Shown piece by piece: positions 1-11,573 of a DNA stretch of 64,000 bases. Location: assembly GCF_000143415.4 (NCBI RefSeq), contig NW_003314353.1, positions 658,371 to 722,370 on the forward strand. Reading direction: 5' to 3'. A program made the position numbers and the translations under genes. Below the pieces are notes generated by a model, which saw only the letters and a program-made list of their open reading frames with translations, searched no databases and was not told where the DNA came from. The stretch is from Selaginella moellendorffii (Eukaryota; Plantae; Lycopodiophyta). The stretch's first letter is position 1; each line of letters opens with the position of its first letter.

Positions 1-240
1 CTGATGCCTTCTGATGTTCCTCCAGATCCTAGCTCGTCTAAGAGAGAACCTTGACTATCTTCTATCATTCCGAGAGGAGAGGATGATGTGAGGTCTATTA
101 TTGTTTATTTTAAATCCTTTAGGGCTCAATTATTTGGCTTTGTGCATTGATTGAGTCTTGTGAAGAATGGGACTTACAAATTCTCAATTGAGAGAGCAGC
201 CAAGAAACAAAGATGCCTTAAAAACTAAGATATACTAGAA
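1..240 (+). mobile_element. 3' internal end, polypurine tract and start of LTR of a gypsy-type retrotransposon remnant
   Basis: 1-95 aligns with the reverse complement of ~1729-1827. PPT-like GAGAGGAGAGGATGA is followed by TGTGAGG. Cut by the N gap. Confidence 0.55.
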
Positions 241-348
241 ATTCAGAANNNNNNNNNNNNNNNNNNNNNNNNNNNNNNNNNNNNNNNNNNNNNNNNNNNN
301 NNNNNNNNNNNNNNNNNNNNNNNNNNNNNNNNNNNNNNNNNNNNNNNN

Positions 349-665
349 TGCTCAACAAGAGAACTCATAAGTTTGTCACCTTCCAAGAGATAATGTTTAT
401 CACTCATGTTTTCCAACACAGGCTGATTGATATGGTTCATAGATACTTTGTCTAAATTACTGAAGTTTATATTTTGCCATGTTGTCCATAATGAAATGCT
501 TTTTGTGGAGAAGGTAAGCTTTCTAATCTCATGCATTTGGTTTAAAACTTGTGTTCTTCTTGGAAGGTTGCCAACACTTTTGAAAAGGAATTGTGTAGGA
601 TCTACTAGTAAGGTGGTTTTCATTCACTGTAGCTTCATTTGGAATTATATTTACCACTATGTGAT
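349..665 (+). pseudogene. Degenerate, intron-containing duplicate of the 3' (EF-hand) part of the LPEAT2 gene
   Basis: Colinear with the reverse complement of ~31525-31881 across exons and three introns (e.g. GTCACCTTCCAAGAG, AAGGTAAGCTTT, AGGAATTGTG). Donor GTAAG is mutated to ATAAT, and there are indels. Confidence 0.85.
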
Positions 666-1026
666 AAATATAATGAGGAACTAGATTTTTAGTGGCATTT
701 ATAAAATCATATTTTTTAACCTCAGAAGATGAGTAAATATTTCTTGGATTGGATGATAAATAAATTCTATAGCAAAAACATGGCAAATAAATACTTAGAA
801 CTGCCAGCTAAAGAAGTGAAAGATTATTAATCCTCTAAGAGACCTACAAGAATTTCTTTAGACAAATAAGGTACTTTGGAATTTCCAGCTCTACTATGAT
901 GCCATTTGTCAAATATAAATTTTTTTGGCTGTTATCTAGACATGATTAACAATTGTTACAGCTATCTCCAACTAGCATACTATACTTAAATAGGATTCAT
1001 GGCTTGAATTTTTTGAATGAAAAGAA

Positions 1027-1443
1027 ATGAATTATATATTGCTTCTTTTGTCAATTCTTTCTACTATAGTTTTTACACAAAGCTTAGAAGGTTTAAATGA
1101 TTCATATTGTAAAGAGTTTGATTGGGAAAAACTTATGTTATGCATTTTGAATGAAATGATAGGTATTTATGGAGACAAAGTAAATATATTTATGTATAAA
1201 GAATCAAATAAGTTCAAAAGCTATCAAAATCCAGATCCAATATTTGATAATAGAGAATTTCATATTGATCTAGCAGATGGGTCTCGTGAAACTTATATGA
1301 TTATAATTTTTACTGGCCAAGCATTTTATATAGCTGATAATTGGTATGGATGGAATAATTGGTCATTTACAGGTTGTTTTCACCATCTTAAAGATTCAGA
1401 TAGTGTAGAATTTTATGATTTTAAATCATTTTGCAATAGTTAA
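1027..1443 (+). CDS. Intronless small secreted protein (138 aa), YvgO-like / GWxNWxFxG family
   Basis: ATG to TAA open in very AT-rich DNA. N-terminal hydrophobic signal peptide (MNYILLLLSILSTIVFTQS), 4 Cys, and C-terminal TYMIIIF...GWNNWSFTGCF...DSVEF motif resembling Bacillus YvgO and fungal small secreted proteins (compared from memory). Confidence 0.65.
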   Translation: MNYILLLLSILSTIVFTQSLEGLNDSYCKEFDWEKLMLCILNEMIGIYGDKVNIFMYKESNKFKSYQNPDPIFDNREFHIDLADGSRETYMIIIFTGQAFYIADNWYGWNNWSFTGCFHHLKDSDSVEFYDFKSFCNS

Positions 1444-1541
1444 CATTAACACTAATTATTTTTACCTATTACTTAAGATAAATTTATCTCTAAAACTAAT
1501 TGATTACTAGTCATTGAGTTTATAAATTAAAAAATTAGATA

Positions 1542-2720
1542 TGTGAGAGCATGGAATATAGAAATAGAATACAGAATATATATATATTAATTAACCGAAA
1601 AACCTTAGCTTATATACAGGAGCAAGTGGTCTAAATTGAAACAAATTTGACAGCTATCAAAATCCCACTACACTAATTTAGTGTATGACTATTAATATTA
1701 GTATATAGCATCATAGCTATACACTTGGACCTCATATTATCCTCTCCTCTCAGAAGAATATAAGGCAGTCAAGGTTCTCTAATTGATGGGCCGGGATCTG
1801 GAGGAATATCAGGAGAAGGCACCAGTGGATCTATAGGTGGTATTAATTGTTTTTTATTCCTTTGTACAAAGCATTTCAACTATTACATATACACAATTTC
1901 TAGAGGATTAACCTGTTGCCAAAATTTATAAACTTTTAGCCCAACTTGTTACAACATCTGATATGGTCCTTTCCATTGAGTAAGGAGCCCCTTAGACAAA
2001 CCATGTACAGTAGGATTGGGGAAAAAGATTAACACCAAGTCGTCTACTTTATACTCTACAAATGGACAATGATGAGAGTTGTAGTGCTGTTGTTATCCCA
2101 CTTGTAAGCAACCTAAGTGTTCAGTAGACTCTGCTCAGACAAGTGGAAGAATGCTTGTTAAATACTGATCCCAAAATGTAGTAATGGTAGCTTGTGGCAA
2201 TCACTAAAGTAAACTTTAATTCTAAAACGAACAGCATCGCTAAGAATTTATACAAACTAAATGATGTACGAAAAGTAATCTTGGGAATATCCTCCTTAGC
2301 CATCAGCACTTGCTAGTACCTAGAAGCAAGATTTAACTTGGTGAACTAACGATTCTTCCCCAGACAATCCAGGAGATCAGTAGTATGAGGAAGAAGGTAC
2401 ACATCTAGGATAGTCACTTTACTTAATGAATGATAGTTGATGCATCAATGAATACTCCCATCAGACTTCGTCACAAGATAAGGTTTATATGCCCAAATAC
2501 TCCAAGACTTTTAGACAACACCCTTTTCCAACATCTCTTTGACATTTGCATGTAAAATTTTGATCTTCTTTGGTGATGGACGACAAGCAAGAACTTTGAT
2601 TGGACAAGCATCCCCAGTTGAAATAAGATAACATGTTGCAATATTAGCCTTAGATAACAGGTCAAATTCGAAGAGATCATCATACTCCTTCATAAGCTAG
2701 TCAACTTCTGCAACATAAAG
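1542..2720 (-). mobile_element. Deleted Ty3/gypsy remnant: 3' LTR (~1542-1738), PPT, integrase C-terminus and RT fragments
   Basis: Minus-strand peptides ISTGDACPIK...VKEMLEKGVV and EDIPKITFRTSFSLYKF match the gypsy RT N-terminus. PPT GAGAGGAGAGGATAA precedes the LTR, which ends CTCTCACA. Many stops. Confidence 0.75.
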
Positions 2721-3148
2721 ACCATCAAAGGGATCTGAAAAGGTAATAAAGGAACAAAACAGAAACATAGGAGGAAGTAATAACAAGACAAAAGTGATGG
2801 AAACAGAGGTAGAAGTAGAAGTATGAGAGAAATAGAAATGAAAGGAATGGAAAAAATATAAAAAAATATGAGACAAAAGGGAGAAGCCTGAAAGTTACAT
2901 TTGGCATGATTGTGCACAACCTATCTATATTAAGGATGAGGTCAAAAACTTGACTTGGTACCACTTGTAACAACTAAAGCTCAAGCTCGAGATCGCCCAC
3001 ACACATAATTAAGTTTACCTTATCCCATACACATGTGTGTGTATGGCCATTACCATAAAGAATGAAAACTAGCTCTGCTACATGATGCAAATGTAAATGG
3101 CAACTTATGGCTATAAGTCAAGCAATATAAGATAAACTCAAGCATACT

Positions 3149-4485
3149 TGTTAAGGCATGACCATTTAAAGAGTGAGGGAATATTCTAATCCTTAGAATA
3201 TTCCCCATCTTACTTGTATAAAACCCACGCCCCACAAGGGCAAAGGGGGGGGGGGGGGGGGGGGGGGGCATTTGTGAAAAGCATTGGAGCATTTTTTGTT
3301 TGAAAGAGTGTTGGGGGAGGCACCCCTCCCCCCAATAAATGGTGAACTTGATGTGATTGCACATTACTTTCTATAGCATAATTTCTCTCTTTTTCTTTCA
3401 GTCGCAAAGTTTGAGGAGTGATTTCTTATTCATCTTGCATCAGTTTTACTTGATCTTAGGTGCGTTGGATAGGTCTTGAGCTTCTCTTTTTGGCATGGTA
3501 TGACACTCATCAAGCTATATAGTATTTGAGGAGATATAACGCTCGGTTTGGTGACATTTTGGGGTTTTCACTTTCTCGCCTAGATTCTCGACCCAATTTC
3601 TCAAAGAAATGCATTTGGATTTGTAGATTTGGCCTAGATCTATAAGATGTAGTGATTCTTGGCGATAGATTTGGGTGAATTCATGGCATGCAAAAGGATT
3701 TTCTTCTCCAGTTAAATAAGGGCATCTTTGTAGTAGGAATTTGTGCTTCTTTGGGCTTTGTTTTGGATGCCGTTTGTTTTTAGAAGTGCTCTTGGTCCTA
3801 GGCTTTCTGAGAATACCAATGGCACCTTGGTATCAATCTAGATTGGTGACATGTAGATGTTTTCCACAATATTGGTGTTTTGGGCTATTTTTTCTTGGAT
3901 TTCGCAGGATATTGAGGCATTTTCTTCACAAATTCTTGCAATAGAGGGTAGATGGGGCTGAGCTCTTTCTAATGAGCCTACTTACAGTCAAAATGGTGAA
4001 GGATCAAGACCAAGGTACTCATTTTTCTCTTTTGGGCTAAACTTTAGTGAGAGTTTCTTTGGAAAGAAGAAACCTTTAGGGAGTAGGAGTAGGAGTAGGA
4101 GGAGGTGTAGGGGTAGGAATTGGCATAGAAGTTGGCACTAAAGTAGGCATAAGAGTAGAAGTGAGAGTAGAGAGGTTATTGGTTATTGGTTACTAGTTAT
4201 TGTTTGTTTCTCTTTGTCACGGGCATTTTAGGCAACTTTGAGCAACTTGTGGAACCTTTAGAGAGTAGGAGTAGGAGTAGGAGGAGGTGTAGGGGTAGGA
4301 CCATTTATTTCGGCCAAGAGTTCTTCTTTTTGTGCTTTAGAGACCTTTATAGCCTTATTGCTTCTGTCAATCTAGTTGCCTTGACTAGGAATTTGCAGTA
4401 TTTAAGGTATTTGATGCCGTGTACAGACTAGGCATGTGGCAAATTGGTGCCCTTTTACCATATTTCAAGGTCCTAAGGTCTGTTA
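3149..4485 (+). mobile_element. Truncated copy (5' LTR 3149-3337, tRNA-Trp PBS 3340-3358, leader) of the LTR family at 6423-11573
   Basis: LTR begins TGTTAAGG and matches the reverse complement of 6423-6608 and 11403-11573. PBS TGGTGAACTTGATGTGATT resembles tRNA-Trp PBS TGGTGAACCCGACGTGATT. Leader is colinear with the reverse complement of ~10190-11400. Confidence 0.85.
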
Positions 4486-6422
4486 GTGCTACTGCAATGG
4501 AAAGTCTAAACACAGAGATGCTTCTGGAAAACGACGAGTCGTGCAAGTAGTGGAGGGTCCTTATGCAAATAACTTAGTGACCCTTTTATTCTTCTTTCGG
4601 AATATCATTAATAGGGTTTATTTGGCACTAGTTCATCCAATCTTTACTTTCCAAGCTTATTTGATAACAAAAGGTTTTCTATTATTCTCCCCATGTTGAT
4701 TGATACGGAGAAAAGTGAGCGGGGCAAATATAGTGACAAATGTGTAGTGAATTTAGGAATGAGCAGAGGATATGCACAATAACATATCCCATAGTATATA
4801 TATAGGAGTATATTCTAGGGTTTGTCATAGTTGAAACATAATGAAGTGAGAGCACTTGGAGAGAGTGCACATTTTGGTACACTAGACAGGGTATAGATGT
4901 CTTCTAAACATGCTTGACTTATAGATCTAGGGAGAATAGAGAGAAGATGAAGATTTCTCTCTTTTCTTTTGCTATGAAGATTTTTTGTTTCTTGACCATG
5001 TCCTTCTTAGAGCTATGCTGCCGCGGTGGGAGAGGAATTAGAAAGTGATTTTACTTTCCTTCTCTTCCTTGGGTCTAGGGCTTTCTTGGGAGTCTAAGCA
5101 CACTCAAATTGAAGTAAGGAGTGGGGAGATTTGGTCATTTTTTTGTGTTGCAACTTCTTGCTCAACACCACTAAATTTGGGAGTCTAGATCTCAAGATTT
5201 GTTCAACCTTTTTGAATTCCATAAAGTGGATTTGGAGTGGCATTTTCTAAGCTTTCCTAGGATGGGTTTCTTGCTGGAATTAGAGATCATTTCAGCCACC
5301 AAATAATCAAGTTTCTAAAGGTGATATTTTAAGGTTCTTGCCTCATCTAAACTCTAGCTCTTCTCCACGGTTTTGGATTTTGGATCCAAGTCTTCCACTA
5401 GCTTAGGGTACTAGAGCATGGTCTATGGTTTCATATGAGGAGTTTTATCATATCCTTGATTGCTCACATTGTAGATCTTGTCAACCGGTTATTCATCACC
5501 TGGATCTTTTACCACTTGATGATCCAGGTCCAATGCATGTGATTCTTGAGGAGTTAGGATAAGATCAAATGCAGCAAATGCCTCCCCATCCTGCTATAGC
5601 AATTGACCTATATAGTATCACGATATTGCTAAAGTTCCAAAGAGATGGTCGAGAAGATGCCTGAGTCTATATTAACTAGACAAAGAGACCTCCTCACCAA
5701 CCAAACTACCACCAACAAAATCAATAATATGATCCACCACCCAGAAAATACTTTATCTCATTGAAGTTAATCTCAATTGAGTTATCTTGAAGAATAGTAC
5801 ACACTGCACTACAAATCCTAATACTCAAGAAAACAACCTTTAAGGCAAATTCCCAAGTCAAGAAAACTCAACACCCATCAACACACCAACCAACATCAAG
5901 AAGCAACAAGATTGACTAGGAATCAAACTTGAATAACTCCAATTGATTCATCAACAAATCAATCTTGAAGAAGACTCAGCACTTTGACAAGAAGGAACTT
6001 GACTCACATTAATACTCAACCTTAAAGAGCCAACTGAAAAAATCAACTTAGGAACTGAAGATAAACCAAAGAAATTCTACATTGTTAATGACTTCAAGAT
6101 AAAAACAATGAATCTTCTTAATAGGTATAAAGATTTTTTATTTGGTTATATACAGATTTGCGAGGAATTGAGATCTACATACACCAAATTGACAAAATAC
6201 ACCAAGAAAGCAAGTAGACTATCAAATGAACCCTAATATGCAAGCAAAAGTTAAAGAAGAACTTGATAAGCATAAGAATGTTGGATTCATCTACCCAATT
6301 CAAAACTTAGAATGGCTATCACCACTTGTTATTGTCCCCAAGAAAAGTGGCAAACTTAGAGTTTTCGTCAACTACAAAAAACTTAACAATACAACCCAAA
6401 AAGATACCTTCCCAATTCCATT

Positions 6423-9400
6423 TGTTAGGGGAAGGAGGGGCACCTCCCCAACGCTCGCTCAAACACGAAAAATGCTTCAATGCTCTCCACAAATGCCCCC
6501 CGTTTGCTCTTGTGGGGCAAGGGTTTTATACAAGGAAGATGGGGAATATTCTAAGGACTAAAATATTCCCTCTCCCTCTCTCTCTCACTCAATGGCCACG
6601 CCCTAACATGCGACCACGGTTGATCATGTTGGCTCTAGACGTGAAAGAACCCTCCGAAGAGTGTAGAGTGTACCTTTGCTACTAATGCCAAGTGCTGGTA
6701 ACTGCGTGAAATAGTAGAAACTCTAGAAAACAAAGTGGAAAAGGAAAGAAAAGAGGTAGGTGCGAAGTTTGAAAACAAGGAAGAAAACTTGATGGGAAAC
6801 CTTGTAGTCACACTAGACCCTGAAGTGAAAAAAAAGTGCAAAAAAAGTGTGAAAAGAGGAGAAAAATATAAGAAAAAAAAGAAGAAAAGTGAGTACCTAA
6901 AGAACCTAACCCGTACCTGGATTTTGAGTATAATATGCAAATGCAGCCACTTGATGACTTCAAGTATGCTCCAAGGATTGGCCAAATTTGAGAAAGAAAG
7001 AGAGGTAGAAGAGGGGATGCATTGCCCAAAGTGGTAAGTGTGGAAATGATGAAAGATGAAGTGATATGGTGGAGCGCTAAAATGGTGGTGGCACTCTAAG
7101 AAGGTGGCCATCTCTGAAAGTGTCAGGCCAATGGTCTGATGTGTCGGACCGAAGAAGACAATAGCTGAAAAGGATGGCATAGTCACTAGGTTGCCGGTAA
7201 AGAGAGGTGGCATGTGTCCATTGAGTGCTAGATCAGAAAAAAGTGGCTTTGGCTTCTATGGCCTTGCCTAAAGATCCACCTAGGTGCCTTGAGTGAACAG
7301 GTTCACCCAGTTGGAAGAAAGTCGCTCCAGAAAAGCTAGTGCATCATCAACAAATGGTCGTAATGATATCTCAAAAACAGCGGGTCCAAATGAGGTGGTG
7401 TTTTTTTGCTCCTGGTGCATATATGAGTGTCCGTGGTATGGTGTAAATATGACCTCAAACGAAGATGGAAATGATGGTGAAAGAATGAAAGATGCAAGAT
7501 AGGCATCTAGAGGTAAGTGCAGGCAATGCTGCTGGAAGTGATTGGTGATAGAACTGTGAGTGTAAATGATATGGAATGGGTGTGGGGAATGTGTGGGGTG
7601 TATTAATGGTAAGGGAGGGCCAAAGAACTTGGAACAGAGACCGAGCCAAGTGAAGAACCTCTATACAAATGGCAATGCAACTTGAGCACGAAATCCAAGG
7701 CATGAGCCATGGTCCAATGGAAAAACACCCTCTGAAAGTAAGAAAAGGAGCCATGAAAGTAAAATGAAAGAAAGGAAGAAAAAGAAAAAGAAGAGAAGAG
7801 GAACGCCTCACCGGATGAAGCGTTTGAGGTGAGAGTGGTTGTGAGCGTGTGGGAGCTCACGTCCATCAGCATTGACTAGCACATATGCTCCACCTCCGAT
7901 GTGTCGCTGGACAAAGTAGGGCTGGTCTAGCGAGGGGAGAACTTTGAAGGTGGTGTAAACTCTTTGAGTAGAACAAGATTGCCATCTTCGAATGGTTCGG
8001 CAGACCGCTGGTGATCAATGACTAACTTGATCTTCTACTTGCCTCGAAGGAGATGTTCAATCGTGGATCATCGCTGTTCTTCTAAGGTAAGAACCTCCAA
8101 GTCACGTGCATGAAGCTTATCCTCATCACTAAGCTGCATTGCTGTTGCATATCAAAGTGAAAGTGAGAGTGAGTGCTAGATCTCCACTAGAAGCATGGCC
8201 TCTGTCCCATAGACAAGGGAGAATGGGGTTGCGGAGATGGATGTCTTGAAGGACGTCTAAAAGGCCCACAACGCCGTAACCAAGTGCTTGTGCCAATGCC
8301 TTGGGTCATCCTCCACAAACTTTGAGATGATTGTCTTTAGTATCTTGTTGTTGGACTTGGCCTAGCCATTGCACTTAAGATAATAATTGTTGCTCTTCAC
8401 GTGCTTGACCTGCAGCCATTGGAGAAGATGCTGCATCACCTCTCCAAGGAAGCTGCTGCCACGATCGGAAATCAAAATGGCAGGAACTCTGAATCAGCAA
8501 ATAATGTACTCGTAGACAAACTTTGCTATAGACTATTGATCTTCTTGTCATAGAGGGGTGGCCTCAACCCATTTTGTGAAATAGTCCATTGCCACAATGA
8601 CGTATCACTGTCCTTTTGAGCTCGGTGGGTTGATTGGGCCAATGAAGTTAAGTCCTCACTAGAAAAAGGGACCCGAAGAAGTGATGAGATGGAAAGGAAG
8701 ACGTGGAACATGGCTCCAGGGGTTGAACCATTGGCACTGCTCACATGCCTTTGCATAGACCAAGCTGTCCTAGTGAATCTGAGGCCAAAAGTAGCCATGG
8801 TGCAAGAGGAGCTGTGTTGTGACCTGTCCCGAGAAATGCCCCGCACAAGAGTGGAAAGCACGAAGGAGCTCAGGGACCTCATGTTCACCCACACACCGCA
8901 ACAAAACTTCCTGCAAGGTCCTTCTGTAAAGGTGTTTGTTGAGAAGGGAAAACCCTTGTGCTCGAATCTCCAATGCCTTTTGTTGCGCTGGTGAGGAATC
9001 TACTGGGAACTGACTAGAATCTAGGTACACTGCAATGTCCTATAATGCTACTGGGACTACAAAGGAAGTAGCTTCAACAACCAGAAACCTGCTCGGATCC
9101 ATCACACGCTTCTGACGCATGTGAAAATTTGGCTGGAACTCTTGGATAGTCACAATCCAAGATAAAGTACAAGGACTATGAACCAGTTGCTGTCAAAGAA
9201 AGGTCAACACATTAAAATAGATATGGAAATGGATACAAGCTCTAGCGAGAAAGTAACAAAATTGCTCTAAGGTGTAAATAACAACCACTACTTCTTTTTC
9301 CACATCCACGTACTTCTTCTTAGTCTCCTTGAATGAAATGTATAGCCAGAGGTGTATGCCCAATAGCAACGGGCTTTGGTGTGGATGGGCGAATAGTTGC

Positions 9401-11573
9401 ACAAGGTGACTTTAGAAAGAGAGCTTTTTGTCGACCTGGGGATTGCTAGAGTTGATTTCAACTAAGCCATCACCCCGTCAGAGTCGTAAGGAACCAACTT
9501 CCCGAGGTGTTATAGGCTAAAGGATCCCCGAAAGCATGACCGAAATGACAAAGAGTTATGGCAAACAAAAATGCCTCGCGGCAAGACCTGAATGTCTTCT
9601 TAAGAAGTTTTCGTTGCAAGTTCCCACGCAAACCCGCTGTGAATGCCATGATCATCTATTGTTCATCTTGGACCACTCTACGATCCCAACACTGCTTCCA
9701 GTATGCTCGAAACCGGGTGATATAGTTAAGAATAGACTCGTGAGCACCCTGCCGGAGCGAAAAGAGGTTGACAAGTAGCCAATTTATGGGTTTTTATTCA
9801 ATGAAACGTTCTCGGAAAGAAGCAAGTAGTGTCTGGAAGTTTGTCCTGTCCTTTGGGAGGAGAGAATTTGCCCAAGTTGTTGCTTTGCCTTTGAGAGACT
9901 GCAAGAAGTCGCGGCACATATGATCATCGTCAACGATCATGTTTGTGGTGTAGTAGTAATCAAAGTGACTAATATGTGATGTTGGGGAGAATGTTCCAAC
10001 ATCTGAGAAGGTCAAGAGATCACTCCCCTTCTGCAAAACATGGAGTTGAGGTCGAGCTAAAGGTGGCTGCACCAAAGCTTGTAGATCTAAGTCACTGGAA
10101 TTTGCCAAGGATGAAAAGGACTCAGCCCGAGAAGGTGCTATGTGGTACCTAAGCTACCTTTGGATGTTAGAAAGTTTACTCCGTACCTTAGGGCCTTGAG
10201 GTATGGTAAAAGGGTGCCAATTTGTCGCACGTCTAGTTTGTACCAGCATCAAATACCCTAAACACTACAAATGCCCGGTCAAGGGAACTGGGTTGACAAG
10301 AGCAAGAAGACTGTAGACTTGTGCTCAAGTTGCTCAAAGTTGCCTAAAATGCCTGTGATGAAGAGAAATAAGGGTGAAAATGGAAGGAGATGTAGGCCTC
10401 AAACACATATAACTGTTGACCCATAGAGTAACTGCTGACCTCTTGCAGTAGCTGGTAACCGGTAACCCATAACTAGTAACTAGTAACTGGGGACCTATAA
10501 CCTATAACCCCTTGCTCTCGCTCCTACTTCTGCGCCTACTCCAACACCGACTCCTACCCCTGTGCCTCTTCCTACTCCTGTGCCAACTCCTGTTCCTGCT
10601 CTTGTACCTGTTTCCACGCCTACTCCTGCTCCCTGAAGATGGCTTCGTTCCCAAGGAACTCCCAACCAAGTTTAGCCTAAAAGGGAAAAATGAGTCCTTT
10701 GGTCTGGATCCTTCCCCATTTTGACTGTTGGTGGGCTCATTGGAAAGGGCTCAGCCCCGTTTACCCTTTATCGCAAGAATTTGTGAAGAAGCTACCTCAA
10801 TATTTCCTGAAATATAAGAAGAGTTAACCCAAAACACCAATATTGTGCATGTCGCTGATGTAGATCGATACTAAGGCACTGTTGGTATTGTCAGAAAGCC
10901 TAGGACTAGGAGCACCTCTAGAAACAAACAACATCCAAAAGAAAGCTCGGAGAAGCATGGATTCCTACTACAAAGAAGAAAATCTACCCAATCTAGCCGA
11001 AGAAGAAAATCCTTTTGCATGCTGTCAATTTTCCTGAATCTAGCACCAAGAATCACCACTACTTGTAGATCTAGGCCAGATCTACAAGCCCAAATGCACT
11101 ACTTTGAGAAATTAGGCCGAGGATCTAGGCGAGAAAGTGAAAACCCCAAAATGTTCATTCAATTGAGCCAAAAAACATTGTATCTCTTCAAATACTACAT
11201 GGCTTGATGAGCACTATACCTTGCTGGAAAGAGGAGCTATACCTTGTTGGAAAGAGGAGCTCCAGACCTATCCAACACGCCTAAGATCAAACAAAACCAC
11301 CGCGAGACAAACAAGAAATTGCTTCCCAAAGTCTGCAGCCAAAAAAAAAAGAGAGAAATGATACCTCAGAAAGTGTTGCACGGTCACACTAGATTCACCA
11401 TTTGTTGGGGGAAGGAGGGGCACCTCCCCAAGACCCACTCAAGCACGAGAAATGCTTCAATGCTCTCCACAAATGCCCCCCCTTTGCCCATGTGGGGCAA
11501 GGGTTTTATATGAGGAAGATCAAAAATATTTTGACCAGAATATTCCTGATCTTCCTTGTATAAAACCCTAATA
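6423..11573 (-). mobile_element. Non-autonomous Ty3/gypsy LTR retrotransposon (LTRs 6423-6608 and 11403-11573; gag, RNase H fragment, integrase; RT absent), 4-bp TSD CATT
   Basis: Paired LTRs start TGTT(A/G)GGGGAAGGAGGGGCACCTCCCC. CATT at 6419-6422 and 11574-11577. PBS 11384-11400. Gag (FLQSLKGKATTWANSL, 9794-10108), RNase H-like 9193-9402, integrase HHCC (FHSCAGHFSG...GYFWPQIH) and GPY/F-like C-terminus ~7810-8010. Confidence 0.9.
11384..11400 (-). promoter_or_regulatory. Primer-binding site complementary to tRNA-Trp 3' end (mutated)
   Basis: TGGTGAATCTAGTGTGA two bases after the LTR end. Differs from TGGTGAACCCGACGTGA only by transitions. Confidence 0.7.
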
